From Macrostomum lignano (taxonomy: Eukaryota): a stretch of DNA of 64,000 bases. The DNA lies in contig NIVC01002694.1 of assembly GCA_002269645.1 (NCBI GenBank), forward strand, positions 62,001-126,000, written 5' to 3'. The position numbers were made by a program, and so were the translations under genes. The notes below the pieces were generated by a model. It worked only from the letters and a program-made list of their open reading frames with translations. It did not search any database and was not told the origin of the DNA. How positions within the stretch are numbered: the stretch's first letter is position 1; each line of letters begins with the position of its first letter. This document shows, in pieces, positions 1 to 17,879 of the stretch.

Positions 1-869
1 TAAAAACTATTACCCAAAACTGTCTGATTTCAATTGAATCGGCATTCGAGAATCGACCGAATCGATTGCAGGAGCATTGTATTACATTACAAATTAATGA
101 TGGTTGACAAGTAAAGAACTGAACAACTCGATAAGCTTCGATTTGAATAACTTAAAAAATTAAAGTTAAATGATTAGGCGTGCTTCAGAAATGGTGCGTT
201 CAAGTTGTTTTGAATGGCTATTTATTATTAATATTATTATGATTAATATTGTCTTAGCGCGATTTTAAAACACTATCCTCGATAATTAAATTAACGTAGA
301 GTTTACGTTAATACGTGAAGTCAGCCTAATGCAAGAAACATTTTTACTTCTGCATTTGCTTAGGCCTATTCATTTTAATTTGCATTTTGCAAGCCTATCT
401 AAATTACCTATGCTCGAAAAAAATATTTTTTTACAAAGTCTTTATAATTTTACAAATCCTACAAAGTATATATGTTATGTGTGTGATTGATTCCAGAAAA
501 AATGTTTCATAATCTTACTTATTATTTAATTTCAAGCCAATTTGGCATACCTACCTTAGCTACATTAGCAGTTTAAGCTGTTTTTAGTGTTAGCTTTTTG
601 CTTAGAAATTATTTGCAGTAATTTATAGTATCGTATATATCTTATATATATTTAGATTATTAAGCTAATTTCTCATTTTTATTATATTTAGATAATATAA
701 TATTTAGGGCCTCTAGTTCTAATAGTAGTAGACCCATTTTTGTTTATCTATGATATTTATTTAGTTTTTCATAAATTAAAATTGCATGTTTAGATAGGAG
801 TGACACTAATAATAAGGTGCAACCTTAGATTATAATTAATGCTTAGTTTAGTTTAGTTGTAAGTTGACC

Positions 870-1573
870 TATTACATTTGAATGAAATACTAGTATGGTG
901 GCCTCAAGAATAAGCAAAGGCAAATAAATGCGACAGAGGCAAATTTTTAGCAGTAGCACTTGGCCATAATATCAATTAAGTTGATGCTAAAGCAATCAAT
1001 GGTTGCAGACTTGCAGACTTGGTTTATTGTCAACAGAAATACAAGTTGGATTCGTAACAATGCACTGGCAACTATACAACAACTAGTTAGATAGCTTAGG
1101 TAGTAGAAGTGGCATGGCTAAGAGTGGCAGAGGCGTGGCCCAAGGCTATGGCAGAGCAAGGTGGAGAGAAAGAAGGCGGCAAGTAAACAAGTAAAGGCAG
1201 CAAGAGTCTACAAGTCTATAAGGGCTCCCAAGTGACAGCGTGGCGGCAAAGCGGAGTGAAGAGGAGCGGAGCCAGTCTAAGCAGGTTGGAAAAGAGTCTA
1301 AACCCCGAGCGCACAGCTAGACAGAATTGATAAGGAGCAGGCTGGGGGGTGGCACCTGAGAGAATTTAGTATAATTAATGCCTGGCTAAGAAAAACAGGA
1401 ATAGAAATTATTTATCATCTGCTATATGCAGGGTTTACAATTGTATGTAGCTGATTAAAATTCTTTGGGCACTACTTTAAGCAGACATGAGAATATGAAA
1501 CTAGTAATATTAAAGATTGGTACCATATGTCAAAATGACCCTTGGCGGGGCTACGTAAACTGACAATGTCACA
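870..1573 (-). mobile_element. Decayed LTR related to the LTRs of the young gypsy element
   Basis: The right end taaactgacaatgtcaca (1556-1573) matches the young LTR end taaactgacaacgtcaca. Internal gcacttggccataa (956) matches gcacttggcgataa (16686). The left end tattaca could be a mutated tgtcacg. No TSD seen; left boundary uncertain. Confidence 0.55.
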
Positions 1574-1924
1574 ATGATTCAAATAAAATTTTATGTATCT
1601 AATGATATTAGTAAATATAAGAATAATTATGCAACAAGTTAAAGAATAAAGTTTATCTTTTACAAAAATATAATTTTAATTTGAACTTTAATATTCTACC
1701 CTAATCTATTTTTACCAAATATTTTTTAAGAATAAGAATAATTTTTCAATTTTAAGATAATATATTCTAGATTAGAGTTTATTATATATAAAACAATATC
1801 ATATTATGCAAAACTAGTATTGTTGTTTTTTGCTTTTTTATTATCTAAGTTTATCAATGATAAAAAATAATATTGATCTCTCTTTAAACTCTAGCTAAAA
1901 GTACATTAATAAAGAATGCACAGA

Positions 1925-7132
<5,208 letters not shown>

Positions 7133-7781
7133 TAGTGTTCATGCCCGATTCGATCCGAACTTAAACAGTCAGATTAATTGGTTTTAGATTTTAGCATTAG
7201 GGTTATAAAACTTTTTAATTACAAGTTTCTGTTAGTGTTTAAATCTGCTATTTACATTACTTAATTATCCGAGCGCCCATTTGTAATTGAAGTTTTCCTT
7301 CGGTAAGAATCTCGGTAATTATAGCCTTAGTAGAGCGCTATCCCGTTGAAATCGTTACCGTGAGGCCCCAGAGTGGTTTCAGAGTCTCATACAATAAAAC
7401 GCCTCAAATTGAATCTTAGACCACTCTTTCCTATTTCACCTGTGTTACCTGCAACGACTCTGGGGGCGACGCAAGTGACTGTTATTTCGAATCTCTCCAA
7501 TATACTCGTTTTTATTGGGCTATTTTATTTTTTCTAATGAATAAGTAGAGCCTTTCTCTTCTTCACTTTAATTCCAGTAATAATCATATCTGTCTTATTT
7601 ATTACCGTTCACGTTTAACCTGCAAGCTCATTATTGGAACAGCCAAAATCAATATTTCATTATTCTCCTTATTTGTAGAATATAATTTTACACTTTTATT
7701 TTCAAACGATAATTCCATTAGTAATATTTATGTTTATGGCAAAAATACACTACAGCTTCTGATTCCTAACAGTTTGCGAGC

Positions 7782-10700
7782 TCAGTGTGCTTGAAAATGT
7801 TTTTTGTCATCTTTGTGCGCCATCACTGTTTTGTTCTGGACACCATATTTCCTGGTATTTCAGTTTACTTGTTGACATTTTTGTTCTCAATCATTGTGTA
7901 TATAAACAGACTGGGAAATTGGATAAACAGGCCGTGGAATATTGGATAAACAGACTATGGGATATTTGATAAACAGACTATGGGATACTGGATAAACAGA
8001 CTATGGGATATTGGATAAACAGACTATGAGCTATTGGATAAACAGACTATGGGATATTGGATAAACAGACTATGAGCTATTGGATAAACAGACTATGGGA
8101 TATTGGATAAACGGACTATGGGATATTTGATAAACAGACTATGGGATACTGGATAAACAGACTATGGAATGTTGTATAAACAGGCTATGGGATATTGTAT
8201 AAACAGACTATGGGAATATGGGATATTGTATAAACAGACTATGGGATATTTGATAAACAGACTGGGATATTTAATAAACAGACTATGGGATACTGGATAA
8301 ACAGACTATGAGATATTGGATAAACACACTGGGATATTGGATAAACAGACTGTGGGATATTAGATAAACAGACTGGGATAAACAGGCCGGGCAAGTTTCA
8401 AACTCCGCGGTCTGTCACCGCCGATAGAACGCGAGCATCCGTGACACCATGGGCAGGATGAGCAGCACAAGGATCAGTATGCACAGTATGAACACGTCCT
8501 CAAGTAGGAACACGGAAGCCGCAGTCTCGGCGGCCAGTTCGCAGGTGTGGCTGGCAATCTTGCTCAGAGTTTCTCGGCTTCTCATAACGCTAACCAGCTC
8601 GGGCGGTTGGGCATGCCCAGAATCTCGACGACTTCTTTGAGCGGAACAGATGTATAATTCGAGCCCGCGCTGGCGAATAGCTGCTCCAACAGTTCGTCTC
8701 TGCGTACCAAGTTCTTGGCTTGCTCCGCTGGGAATCGTCTGTTAATTTCGACTAGTCTCACCAGGTGCAGCAGTATCCACAGTAGGCTCAGCAGGCCCTC
8801 TGACAAATCAGTTGGGACAGTGGAAACTGCTTTTGCAATGAGACTTAATAATTCTAGGGGGTTAGGGTTCAAGGTCTTTATTGGGGGTGCCAATTCATAT
8901 ATTTGGGACGCCATTACAGTTGGGATGGGGCGCCATTTTATTTGAGTTGGGGCGCCATTTTAGTTGGGTGGGGCGCCATTTCATTTGATTGGGGCGCCAT
9001 TTTATTTGATTGGGGCGCCTTTTTTTGAGTTGGGGCGCCATTTCAGTTGGGTGTGGGGCGCCTTTTTATTTGAGTGGGGCGCCTTTTCATTTGAGTGGGG
9101 CGCCATTCCATTTGAGTTGGGGCGCAATTTTATTTGAGCCGCCATTTCCCTGAGTTGGACGCCATTTCATTTGAGAGGGGTGCCATTTCATTTGATCGGG
9201 GCGCCATTTCATGTGAGAGGGGTGCCATTTCATTTGATTGGGGCGCCATTTTATTTGATCGGGGCGCCATTTCATTTGAGAGAGGCACCATTTCATTTGA
9301 TCGGGGCGCCATTTCATTTGAAAGTTTGAGCCGGGCGCCATTTCATTTGAAAGTTTGAGCCGGGCGCCATTTTAGTTGGGTGAGGCGCCATTCCGTTTGG
9401 GTGGGCGCCCATGTATCAAAGCTCATAATTTTAAGCTAGCTTAACAAGTGTCAAATATGGGTTCACCATCCGCACTTCATGAATCCTTTATGACGACAGA
9501 ATTAACCCGAGGTAGTGTCAAAAACAAAGGAATCTATATATTGATTTTTTCTACGTAGTATAAAGCTAGCTTATTCATATTTGTCGATCTGGTCTATTGT
9601 TTGTTCTGGTCTGCTTATTTAACAAGAGCTTTCTGAGCACAGATATATGCTTAGAAACTGGGTGTTGCTAATGCTGACAGCCACCATAGCAACCAGCTGT
9701 TGTCGGCTATGGTCACCCATAGCAACCAGCGGTTGTCAGACTATGGTTACCCATAGCAACCAGAGCCTGTTGTCAGGCTATAGTCACCATAGCAACCAGC
9801 TGTTGTCAGGCTATAGTCACCCATAGCAACCAGCTGTTGTCCGGCTATGGTCACCCATAGTAACCAGCTTTTGTCAGGCTATGGTCACCCATAGCAACCA
9901 GCTGTTGTCCGGCTATGGTCACCCATAGTAACCAGCTTTTGTCAGGCTATGGGCACCCATAGCAACCAGCTGTTGTCAGGCTATGGGAAGCCATAGCAAC
10001 CAGCTGCTGTCAGGCTATGGGCACCCATAGTAAGCACAACCAGGCTGTTGTTCGGCTATGGGCACCCAAAGCAACCAGGGTGTTGTCCGGCTATGGGCAG
10101 CCATAGCAACCAAGCTGTTTTCGCGTCTAAGAGCTACCATGGCAACCAGGTGTTGGCACAGCAACCAGGGCATTAAGAAATACCTGAAATACCTGATTCA
10201 TACCTTGCCAAGCGATCAGCAGAGTCCTGTAATAAAACGCTGGATGAATGGTCCCGGCAACTAGCTGCTCCCTATCCAGTACGCTCATATCCCGACTGCT
10301 AACGTCGACATCCGGTACCAGAGCCACGGTGGACAGCTGCTCGAGGTAGCTGCGGTGTCGGGACGGACTCGGCCAGATGCGCCGGTTGTAGGCGGGCCTG
10401 CCGACGCATACGCTGACCAGGAGGCGGAGCGGCCCGGACACCAGGCAGGAGGCCACCAGCCACGTGACCTGAGACAGGGGTATGGTGAGAGCTTGCAAGG
10501 CTTCTGACACATTTCTGGATGCTCGAGTCTGTCTTGCGGACTCTGTCTGAGAGGTTTCAGATTGGTTGAATGGGAAATTATGCAGATTCGAAGATCTGAA
10601 GGATGAGGACGGTTGTGAAAGGTAGGGTGGCTTGTGAAGGGTGGAGAATGTTGCGAAGGGTGGGTTGCGAAGGGTGGGGTTTTGAAGGTTGGGGTTGTGA

Positions 10701-11446
10701 ATGTTGGGGTTGTGAAGGGTAGGGTTGCGAAGGGTGGAGTTGTGAAGGGTGGGGTTGTAAAGGGTGGGGTTGTGAAGGGTGGGGTTGTAAAGGGTAGTGA
10801 GGGTTGTGAAGGGTGGGGTTGTAAAGGGTGGAGAATGTTGTGAAGGGTGGGGTTGTGAAGGGTGGGGTTGTAAAGGGTAGTGAGGGTTGTGAAGGGTGGG
10901 GAGGGTTGTTAAGAGTGGGGAGGGTTGTGAAGGATGGGGAGGGTTGTGAAGGGTAGGGAAGGTTGTGAAGAGAGGAGTGGAGGGCGGTGGAAGTATATAA
11001 ACTAATAAATGGTTGTGAAAAGGGTAGTGAATTACATTACCATGCACTGTACAAAGCTGTACATTGGAGACAGTTGCGAGTTATGCGGGTTTTTCAAGAG
11101 CTTGTGCAAAGCAAAACCGAACCTTTTCTGACGCGTCGTTCTCCGCGAAAGTGACGCTGCAGAGGCAGATTCCCAGCTGCAGTGTGATCAGCTGGATCAC
11201 ACCCGAGGTGAGTATATAGGCCGCGATAGACAGGCTGGCCATGTTGATGAAGATAATGCTCCACTGGAGCGGTTTCGTCTGGTTCTTGTCGCCAGCAATA
11301 GTGTCAGCATTGTTGACGTCCTCCACTTGCAGCTGGTCGTAGGGATTGCAAATCTGAGTCCGGTCCCACGCGTTCGAACCCGACGGCTGGTCGGACCCGC
11401 CGCCTCCGTGAGTCCGCCAGCTGCCTAGGGTGGCTGATTTGGGCAT
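7782..11446 (-). CDS. Uncharacterised multipass membrane protein, ~357 aa: complement(join(7782-7851,8419-8550,8595-8799,10204-10546,11123-11446))
   Basis: ORF fragments with hydrophobic segments (WSIIFINMASLSIAAYIL, VTWLVASCLV, GLLSLLWILLHL, VFILCILILVLLILPMV) join through phase-compatible GT-AG introns, one of 44 nt; total 1074 nt. Family not recognised; the last exon is tentative. Confidence 0.65.
7905..8380. repeat. 23-bp minisatellite (intronic)
   Basis: Unit ggataaacagactatgggatatt. Confidence 0.93.
8925..9410. repeat. ~21-bp GGCGCC-core minisatellite (intronic)
   Basis: Unit ggggcgccatttcatttga(t/g)n. Confidence 0.93.
9683..10165. repeat. ~34-bp minisatellite with an internal inverted repeat (intronic)
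   Basis: Unit cccatagcaaccagctgttgtcaggctatggtca; ccatagc and gctatgg are complementary. Confidence 0.92.
10615..10910. repeat. 15-bp G-rich minisatellite (intronic)
   Basis: Unit ttgtgaagggtgggg. Confidence 0.9.
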
Positions 11447-11845
11447 GGAGACAATATCGATGAGAACATGTAGCAGATTAGATTGAATTCAGTATGCCTG
11501 GTAGCTGTGGCCCTTGTGTATCCAGGCATAGAAGAAGTGAGTTGTCTGTGGCCAAGACCGTCTCTGAACATGCTAATTCGTGTTAGAAAAGTTCAAGGAC
11601 TGAACTTAATGGGAAAAATAGCATTTTCCATTCTTTTGCGCCACACCTTCATGCGGAACTGGAAGGTTTCTTTAGCAATACTTCTCAGAGCCTGTCTAAA
11701 TTTTGCGCTGCTAATATTTTTTTGAGTTCAGTTCTTGAACTTTTTCTGGCACAACTTTGTATGTCTTCCCGAACTCAACTAGCTGATTCTAACTTTGCTG
11801 CGCGTTATGAGTGTAAATAAAATAGTATTTGGTGAGGAAGCGCAC

Positions 11846-12222
11846 GCTATCACAATCGCACACTATCACAATCGCACACTATCACAATCGCACACTATCA
11901 CAATCGCACACTATCACAATCGCACGCTATCACAATAGCACGCTATCACAATCGCACACTATCACAATCGCACACTATCACAATCGCACACTATCACAAT
12001 CGCACACTATCACAATCGCACGCTATCACAATCGCACACTATCACAATCGCACGCTATCACAATCGCACACTATCACAATCGCACACTATCACAATCGCA
12101 CACTATCACAATCGCACACTATCACAATCGCACACTATCACAATCGCACACTATCACAATCGCACACTATCACAATCGCACACTATCACAATCGCACACT
12201 ATCACAATCGCACACTATCGCA
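11846..12222. repeat. 16-bp minisatellite
   Basis: Unit aatcgcac(a/g)ctatcac, about 23 copies. Confidence 0.96.
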
Positions 12223-13091
12223 ATCGAGAGTCGGTACAATTCTCAAATTGTCGCAGTCTCATTACAAGTATCAAATATCTAATAGAGTAATTTGTCCACC
12301 AAATGCTTTAAAAACGGCCATGGCGGAAAAAATCATATTGATAGAAAATTTCTCAAGTTACGCTCTATCAATGTAGCGAATTTACCTTCTAATAAAAATT
12401 ATAGAATGCTTCGCCAGCTTTGGTATTTATATGCTCTTCGAATTTTTAAACCAAGGAAATTGAACAGATTTTCATAGCATTGACCTTGCCAAATTGTAAA
12501 ACTCTATTTCAATCGATTAATCATAATTCACAGCTTAGGTTTCAGTTCCAGTCTATGCCCATCTTCAGAAGTCCATGACATATAAAAGCAAAGCAAATAC
12601 TAAGAGCCTATTGTAAAATGTAATCCAGGATGAAGTAGAATGAATGATTCGCGCAGATGAGAGTTACGGAACAGATTGTAAGACTTTAATAAATTTACAT
12701 CAATATTTTTCGCATGGCGCTTATTTTTTCTATTGTTTGTTCTTACATGTATACTTTAAAGAATGAGGTTTTTCAGAACGGATTCGCAGAAGCAACTTTT
12801 AAATCTGATGAACAGATGCTGAGACAGCATGCAAATGTGGTAATCGGAAGGATTAAGAGACGACAAACCGGAACAGGGAAGACTGACCGACCGCTAAATG
12901 AGAAGGAATTATGTTCTGCAGCTGCATGCTACGTTAAAACAGGACAATGTGGTTATGCCTAATATAGGCCTGTTAATGTCTGCTAGTTACATATAGTACA
13001 TAAAAAATAATGTTCGTAAGATGTAAAAAACCGCAAAACTATAGAAGAAGCCGTTTTAGTCACGCTGGCAACGGCGTTGCAAGAACTTTGG

Positions 13092-13426
13092 TCAGACGAA
13101 TGTGTCCTCGTCGAGGTCTGCATCCTCGCTGTAGGCATTCGATACGGCGACTGCGTGGGGACAGACCGAAGCGGCGCTAGGCAGATGAGGCAGCTGTTGC
13201 AGTCGAGCTGTCTGACGTATTGTCGGGCAAGGTGAAGAGTGCACCGTGGACGCTGAGCAGTGATGATGAGTGCGTTGCTGCTGTTGCTGTGGCTGCTGTT
13301 GTTGCATTAGTTGCTGCTGCTGCAGCTGCTCATCAAATTGCAGCAGAAGTTGGACAGCTCTGCTGGGCAAAGTCAGCGTTGTCACAGCACTACCAGTTGG
13401 TGAGTTCATCGACTGCTGCAGCAGAT

Positions 13427-13457
<31 letters not shown>

Positions 13458-14573
13458 TTGCTGAAGCTCCTGACGCTGTCTCCGTCGTCTCCGATGGGCA
13501 GCCCGGAGCCGCCTCCGCCTAGTCAGCAAACTGCGCACCAGTACAGCAAGCAGAGCTGCACACAGCAAACAGACGGCTAATGTCAGAGCCTTCAACAAAA
13601 GTCCCCCATTGTTGTCGACAGCGCCACCGGTACTAACACCGCTGCCGCCACCGCCTCTACCTTTATCAGCAATCTCCCCGCTGGACTCTCGACTGTTGAC
13701 ATTCAGCCAGAGCTGGCGCATGCACAGCGCCAGGGCTTGATCTTCGTCTGCTGCCTGCTGGACGGCGCTGCTGACATTGCCAAATCCGTTGCGATCGACC
13801 GGTTTTGAGCCATTTTTCTTCCAACGAAGCAGCCTGCGGAAACAGCCGCCGGAAGTTTGTCCGTCGTCCTCCGTTGCCGAAGGTGTGAAATCGTCTGCGG
13901 CGTCGTTATTGGCTTGATTGGCTTCTTCTGACGAACTGGCTGTCGAAGCCGTTGAAGCTGCGACGTACAGCATCAAGGAGTGTTCAGTGCCGGTGCACAT
14001 TGGCCGGTCGCGGCACACCAATTGAGTCATTGCGTACCGAGCGACCCGACTGGTGTTGACCAGCTCGTAAAGCTGCAGAATGTCCGACTGGCAGCCAGCA
14101 GAGCGGTTCAGATGCGCCAGCGTCACGCACCACTGATCGCCGGAGGGGCACAGTTTTGACTGGCTGTTCCAGTCTAAGCAGCTGCGCTTCCTGCTACTGC
14201 CGCCGCTGAGGTCTTGCTGCTCGACGCGGGCAAAATTCTCGCCGCTTGTTGGAAGCCACGGCAGTCCCGGCTGGTTGCAGTCGGCCCGGTGTCGACAATA
14301 TCGAAACTCGACGGAAACGGCGAACTCTTCGGCACCGGCGCAGTTCAGCCGCAGCGCCAGCAGCTCGCCAGACGGTCGGGTGTACCGGCGAGACTTGCAG
14401 CCACCCGGGCAGGACTCGACTTTCAAGCAGCCGGGCTTGCCGACGCCGTCTGAACCTGCGCAACCAGCGTTGGTCAGGCAACGAATTTCCGTTGATTCCA
14501 CAATGACTGGAAGCAGTAAAAGCAGCAGAAAGGTTGTCAGGTAGTTGATTCTGCTTGTAGGATGGTGTAGCAT
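13092..14573 (-). CDS. Intronless type I membrane protein (493 aa) with Cys-rich ectodomain, one TM helix and poly-Q tail
   Basis: The first true ATG is at 14573 (the ORF-track start is TTG). It is followed by a signal peptide (TFLLLLLLPVIVEST), two Cys clusters ending CRHRADCN and CRDRPMCT, TM LTLAVCLLCAALLAVLV, then an Arg run and poly-Q. Confidence 0.8.
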
Positions 14574-16579
14574 TTTTGATGTCGGAGTCTGCAATGGCTT
14601 TCTGTGTGCGTGTGTGTTTCCGTTCGCGTTTGTGGCCTCGGGTTTTTCCGCGTTTTCGGGGTTTCCTTTTTTAGTCGACAATCGCCAGAGCAGAATCGAT
14701 TGGTCACCGGCTGCTCAGGGCTTCTCTGCTGCTCTATTCGGCATCTCTTAATCTATATTTCACGGCCTCCTTTTATACCTCCAGTCTCTGGCGTGTTTGA
14801 TGCGGATAGAAAACGAGAAGGCGAGGACAGGTGGGACGGAGCGATCGGTAACCTGCAAGCCCCTATTTTTCCCTTTCTTCTTCCTCTGTCTCTGACCTCG
14901 TCTTCCTGTCCTTGCAGGGCACTAGCGGCTTAATTCTGCACTCCGGACTGGGCTTGAGTAGGTCTGTGCGTCAATATTATAACAAAATGCTACTCAACAC
15001 TTGTGTTTGCAATGAGACTTAACCCGTATGTACTACACGTTTACGGTTATAGTAGGGCGGTCGCCGTAAAGTCCCCATTTCTTTTTCACATGCTGACTCT
15101 CTCGCTCTGATGGCCGGAAACAAGCTGTAGCGAGCTGGGTGGAGTTCGGGGTCTCATCCGAGTAGAGAGAGCGAGAGGGACATGCAGGATGAGCTGAGCT
15201 GGGATCTCTTTCAACTGCTCCAGAGCTAGACGAGTCTGGATTAAGCCTGCGATAATTAATGCTTTTTGTCGTGGCGTGTAGGGCTCGGCCTGCCATGTTC
15301 AAACTGGGATGGAAGCATAGAGGGGAGCAGGGAGGCCAGCAGTGCATGCACAGCGCGCAGTGGAGTGCTGAAACTGGGGGCGAGAGGTGCAGCACGAAGC
15401 TAACAACCAGACCCGCGCGGTTACTCCCGATTTTCAACAAAAACTCGCCCAATCTGTAAACTCCTCGTCCCTGCGTCACAATTCCCCTCTCTCACCAAAT
15501 TGCTTTCGAGTTTTGTAGCGCAGTGGAACAGGGGGCTAAATTCATCAAGTAAATTTGTCGGAAGTAATTTTATAATCATCGCATCGCATTCGGAAATCGA
15601 TATCCGATATTTTTTTGTCGGGAGAACTTTTCCAGTCGATAGTTGGGAAACACTGCATCATGTAGTTAGGGACCAAGCGGAATGCAAAATTACGCCAAAT
15701 AAATTGAAAGTTAAAACATGATAAAATCGGGAGGTTTTTATGCGATCTGATCCCAGAACTTCTGTATGACAAATTTATCATTATTGATATTGCTGACCGA
15801 GAGAGTTTATTCGGTGTGGAAGTCAACGACGAATCCTAGGACAGCTCGACTATCACTTTTGGGAGTCGCAGCTCTTGGTCGGGTTTTCTACGGCTCTAAC
15901 TCACTCACTCAACTCACTAACCGCAGTCAAACCTGCTTACAGGGGCGTTGCCACCGGCCGGGGGGACGGGGGCATGCAAATGCTTTGTCCCCCTTATAAG
16001 GATTAGATATTAGCAAATGATCGGGCAAGCAAACAGAAGATTTGTTAAAGGGCAAATTAAAAAACACATTTAAGTCAAGCAAGTCTAAGTAACACAATTA
16101 GAAGGACATCATGAAAGCGAAGCAAGCAAACTATAGATATGGTAAGAATTAAACTGCTACTTTCCCCCAGATTTCAGGCTAAGCTTTAGAGATGACTTTG
16201 ACGCCAACCGAGGTACAAACGTGCGAATCACTCCTAGAATGAGACTCGCTAATGAACTGACCTTTAACAATCGCCTGATGCGACCAAAAAAATAACCGAT
16301 ATCCAACTATCTCTCTCGCCCCGTAGCAACGCGCTAATCTAATGTTGCTGCGTCTGTTTCTTAGCCCTGCCGTTGCTAATCAGCGGCAGGGGATGGCGTG
16401 TATCTAAAATATATAAAATAGACGCGGCCTCGGTCCCTGAAACGGGCTCTCATTTATAGTCTGGACTCCGTTTGCAGTCCCGCAAACCTCTGGTGCTATA
16501 TTATTATTTTGTGCTAAAGACACATCAGAGTTACGTAAGAGCGATCTCTATTGTAGGCCTTCTGAGATTCGGAAGGTAG

Positions 16580-17405
16580 TGTCACGTTATTGGCGTAGCG
16601 GCCAGCTATGCGGTGACCCTTAAAAGGGCCGTTTTAGTCCCAAAATAAGTTGAAGTCAATTCTTGTAAAGCGGATTTTGTAGCGGAGCACTTGGCGATAA
16701 AGGCAGGAACTGCCGTAGTTGTCTTTATTGTTAATATCAGTATTAAGTTGGTTGTTACTGGCAATAAACAGACTATAGCTTTCTGGGCACTGGCGGCTGC
16801 AGCAATGGGTTGAATATAATTTGGATATGAAGTCAAGTGGCAGGCGAATGACACAATGGCGACGTGACGTGAGCAGTGGCTATGAGCACCGTGAAGGCAG
16901 TGAAACGTAGTGGTGAGTAGGCGTCGGTCGTGGCGTGAAACAGTCAAGTAAGTGTGTGAGCAGGCTGGCCCAGACAGAAGGGCCGTGGTGAGAAATAAGG
17001 AGGCTCGAGGCAGCCAGACAAACAGATAAGACAGCTAAGAGGCCGCAGGGAAGGAAACAAGGAACAGGCGGGGAGAGACGAAAAAGGGTGAGGGGTGCCC
17101 GCCGCCAGGCGGGGGTTTAATAAAAGAGCGCAGAGGGGGGTAGCGCGAGCACGAGTGATTTCATTGGCTGGCGAGAGAACTTAAAATTATCGATCGTGCC
17201 AATTTTATACGGTTGCGAGAGAGGATAGCAAAATATACAATGAATTATAAATTGCCACAAAATCGTTGGGCACTACTACAAGTAAACGTCGCAATAAACG
17301 AATGGAAAAGTTTAGTTGAAACGGTGAAACTGAAGGGTTGAATGACTATGGAGAACAGCAGTCCAACGGCCCTTTTCGGGACCACCTTAAACTGACAACG
17401 TCACA
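16580..17405 (-). repeat. 3' LTR
   Basis: Direct repeat of 25634-26459; by eye it differs only in the length of two G homopolymers. Confidence 0.97.
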
Positions 17406-17420
17406 CCCGCCTCCCTTCCG
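17406..17420 (-). promoter_or_regulatory. Polypurine tract
   Basis: Minus strand cggaagggaggcggg directly abuts the 3' LTR. Confidence 0.85.
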
Positions 17421-17879
17421 AAAAAGGATAGGGTCGCGCAAAAAGAAAACCAACACGCGGGGTGACGGCAAGAAAAACACAACGTGACCGCAGTTTATGA
17501 AATTATAGCAGAGTGAATTACAGTGGGGTTGAGTCAGTTTGTATGAGCATATGATTACCGGACAAAATTACAAAGTTCCAAAGGCTACAGACTATTACGA
17601 GAGCAGAACATTACAGGGCAGTAGAACACGGTGAGCACGAGCAATACAACATGGTGGTGTTACAAAAACATTACAAAATACAACAATGGTTACGGAAAGT
17701 AGTGTACGACGGAGCGCGCGGCGCGCGCGAACACAAAACGACAAAGGACGCGCAGAAGTGATACGATGGATGAGGCAAACACAGAACAAGGATGACAAGG
17801 TGGATGAGGCAAAGGATGCAGAGCAGAGGCACGGAACAGAGGCACAGCCCGGACAACTGCGGGCAAACGACGCCAAGCG

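Noticed and set aside
8551-8610. Apparent frameshift in the membrane-protein gene
   Set aside because: A phase-compatible 44-nt GT-AG intron explains it more simply.
9683-10165. CRISPR-like palindromic repeats
   Set aside because: No unique spacers, no cas genes, and the context is a eukaryotic intron.
10127-11047. 306-aa ORF as a single gene
   Set aside because: Its N-terminal half is a 15-bp minisatellite; only 10204-10546 looks like an exon.
11829-12290. His/Thr-rich repeat ORF
   Set aside because: Translation of a 16-bp minisatellite.
13220-13522. Poly-Cys and poly-Ala ORFs
   Set aside because: Antisense shadows of the poly-Q codons of the 13092-14573 gene.
16606-16947. 113-aa ORF in each LTR (also 25660-26001)
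   Set aside because: No recognisable domain and not histone-like despite running through the stem-loop; I could not support an ATG start.
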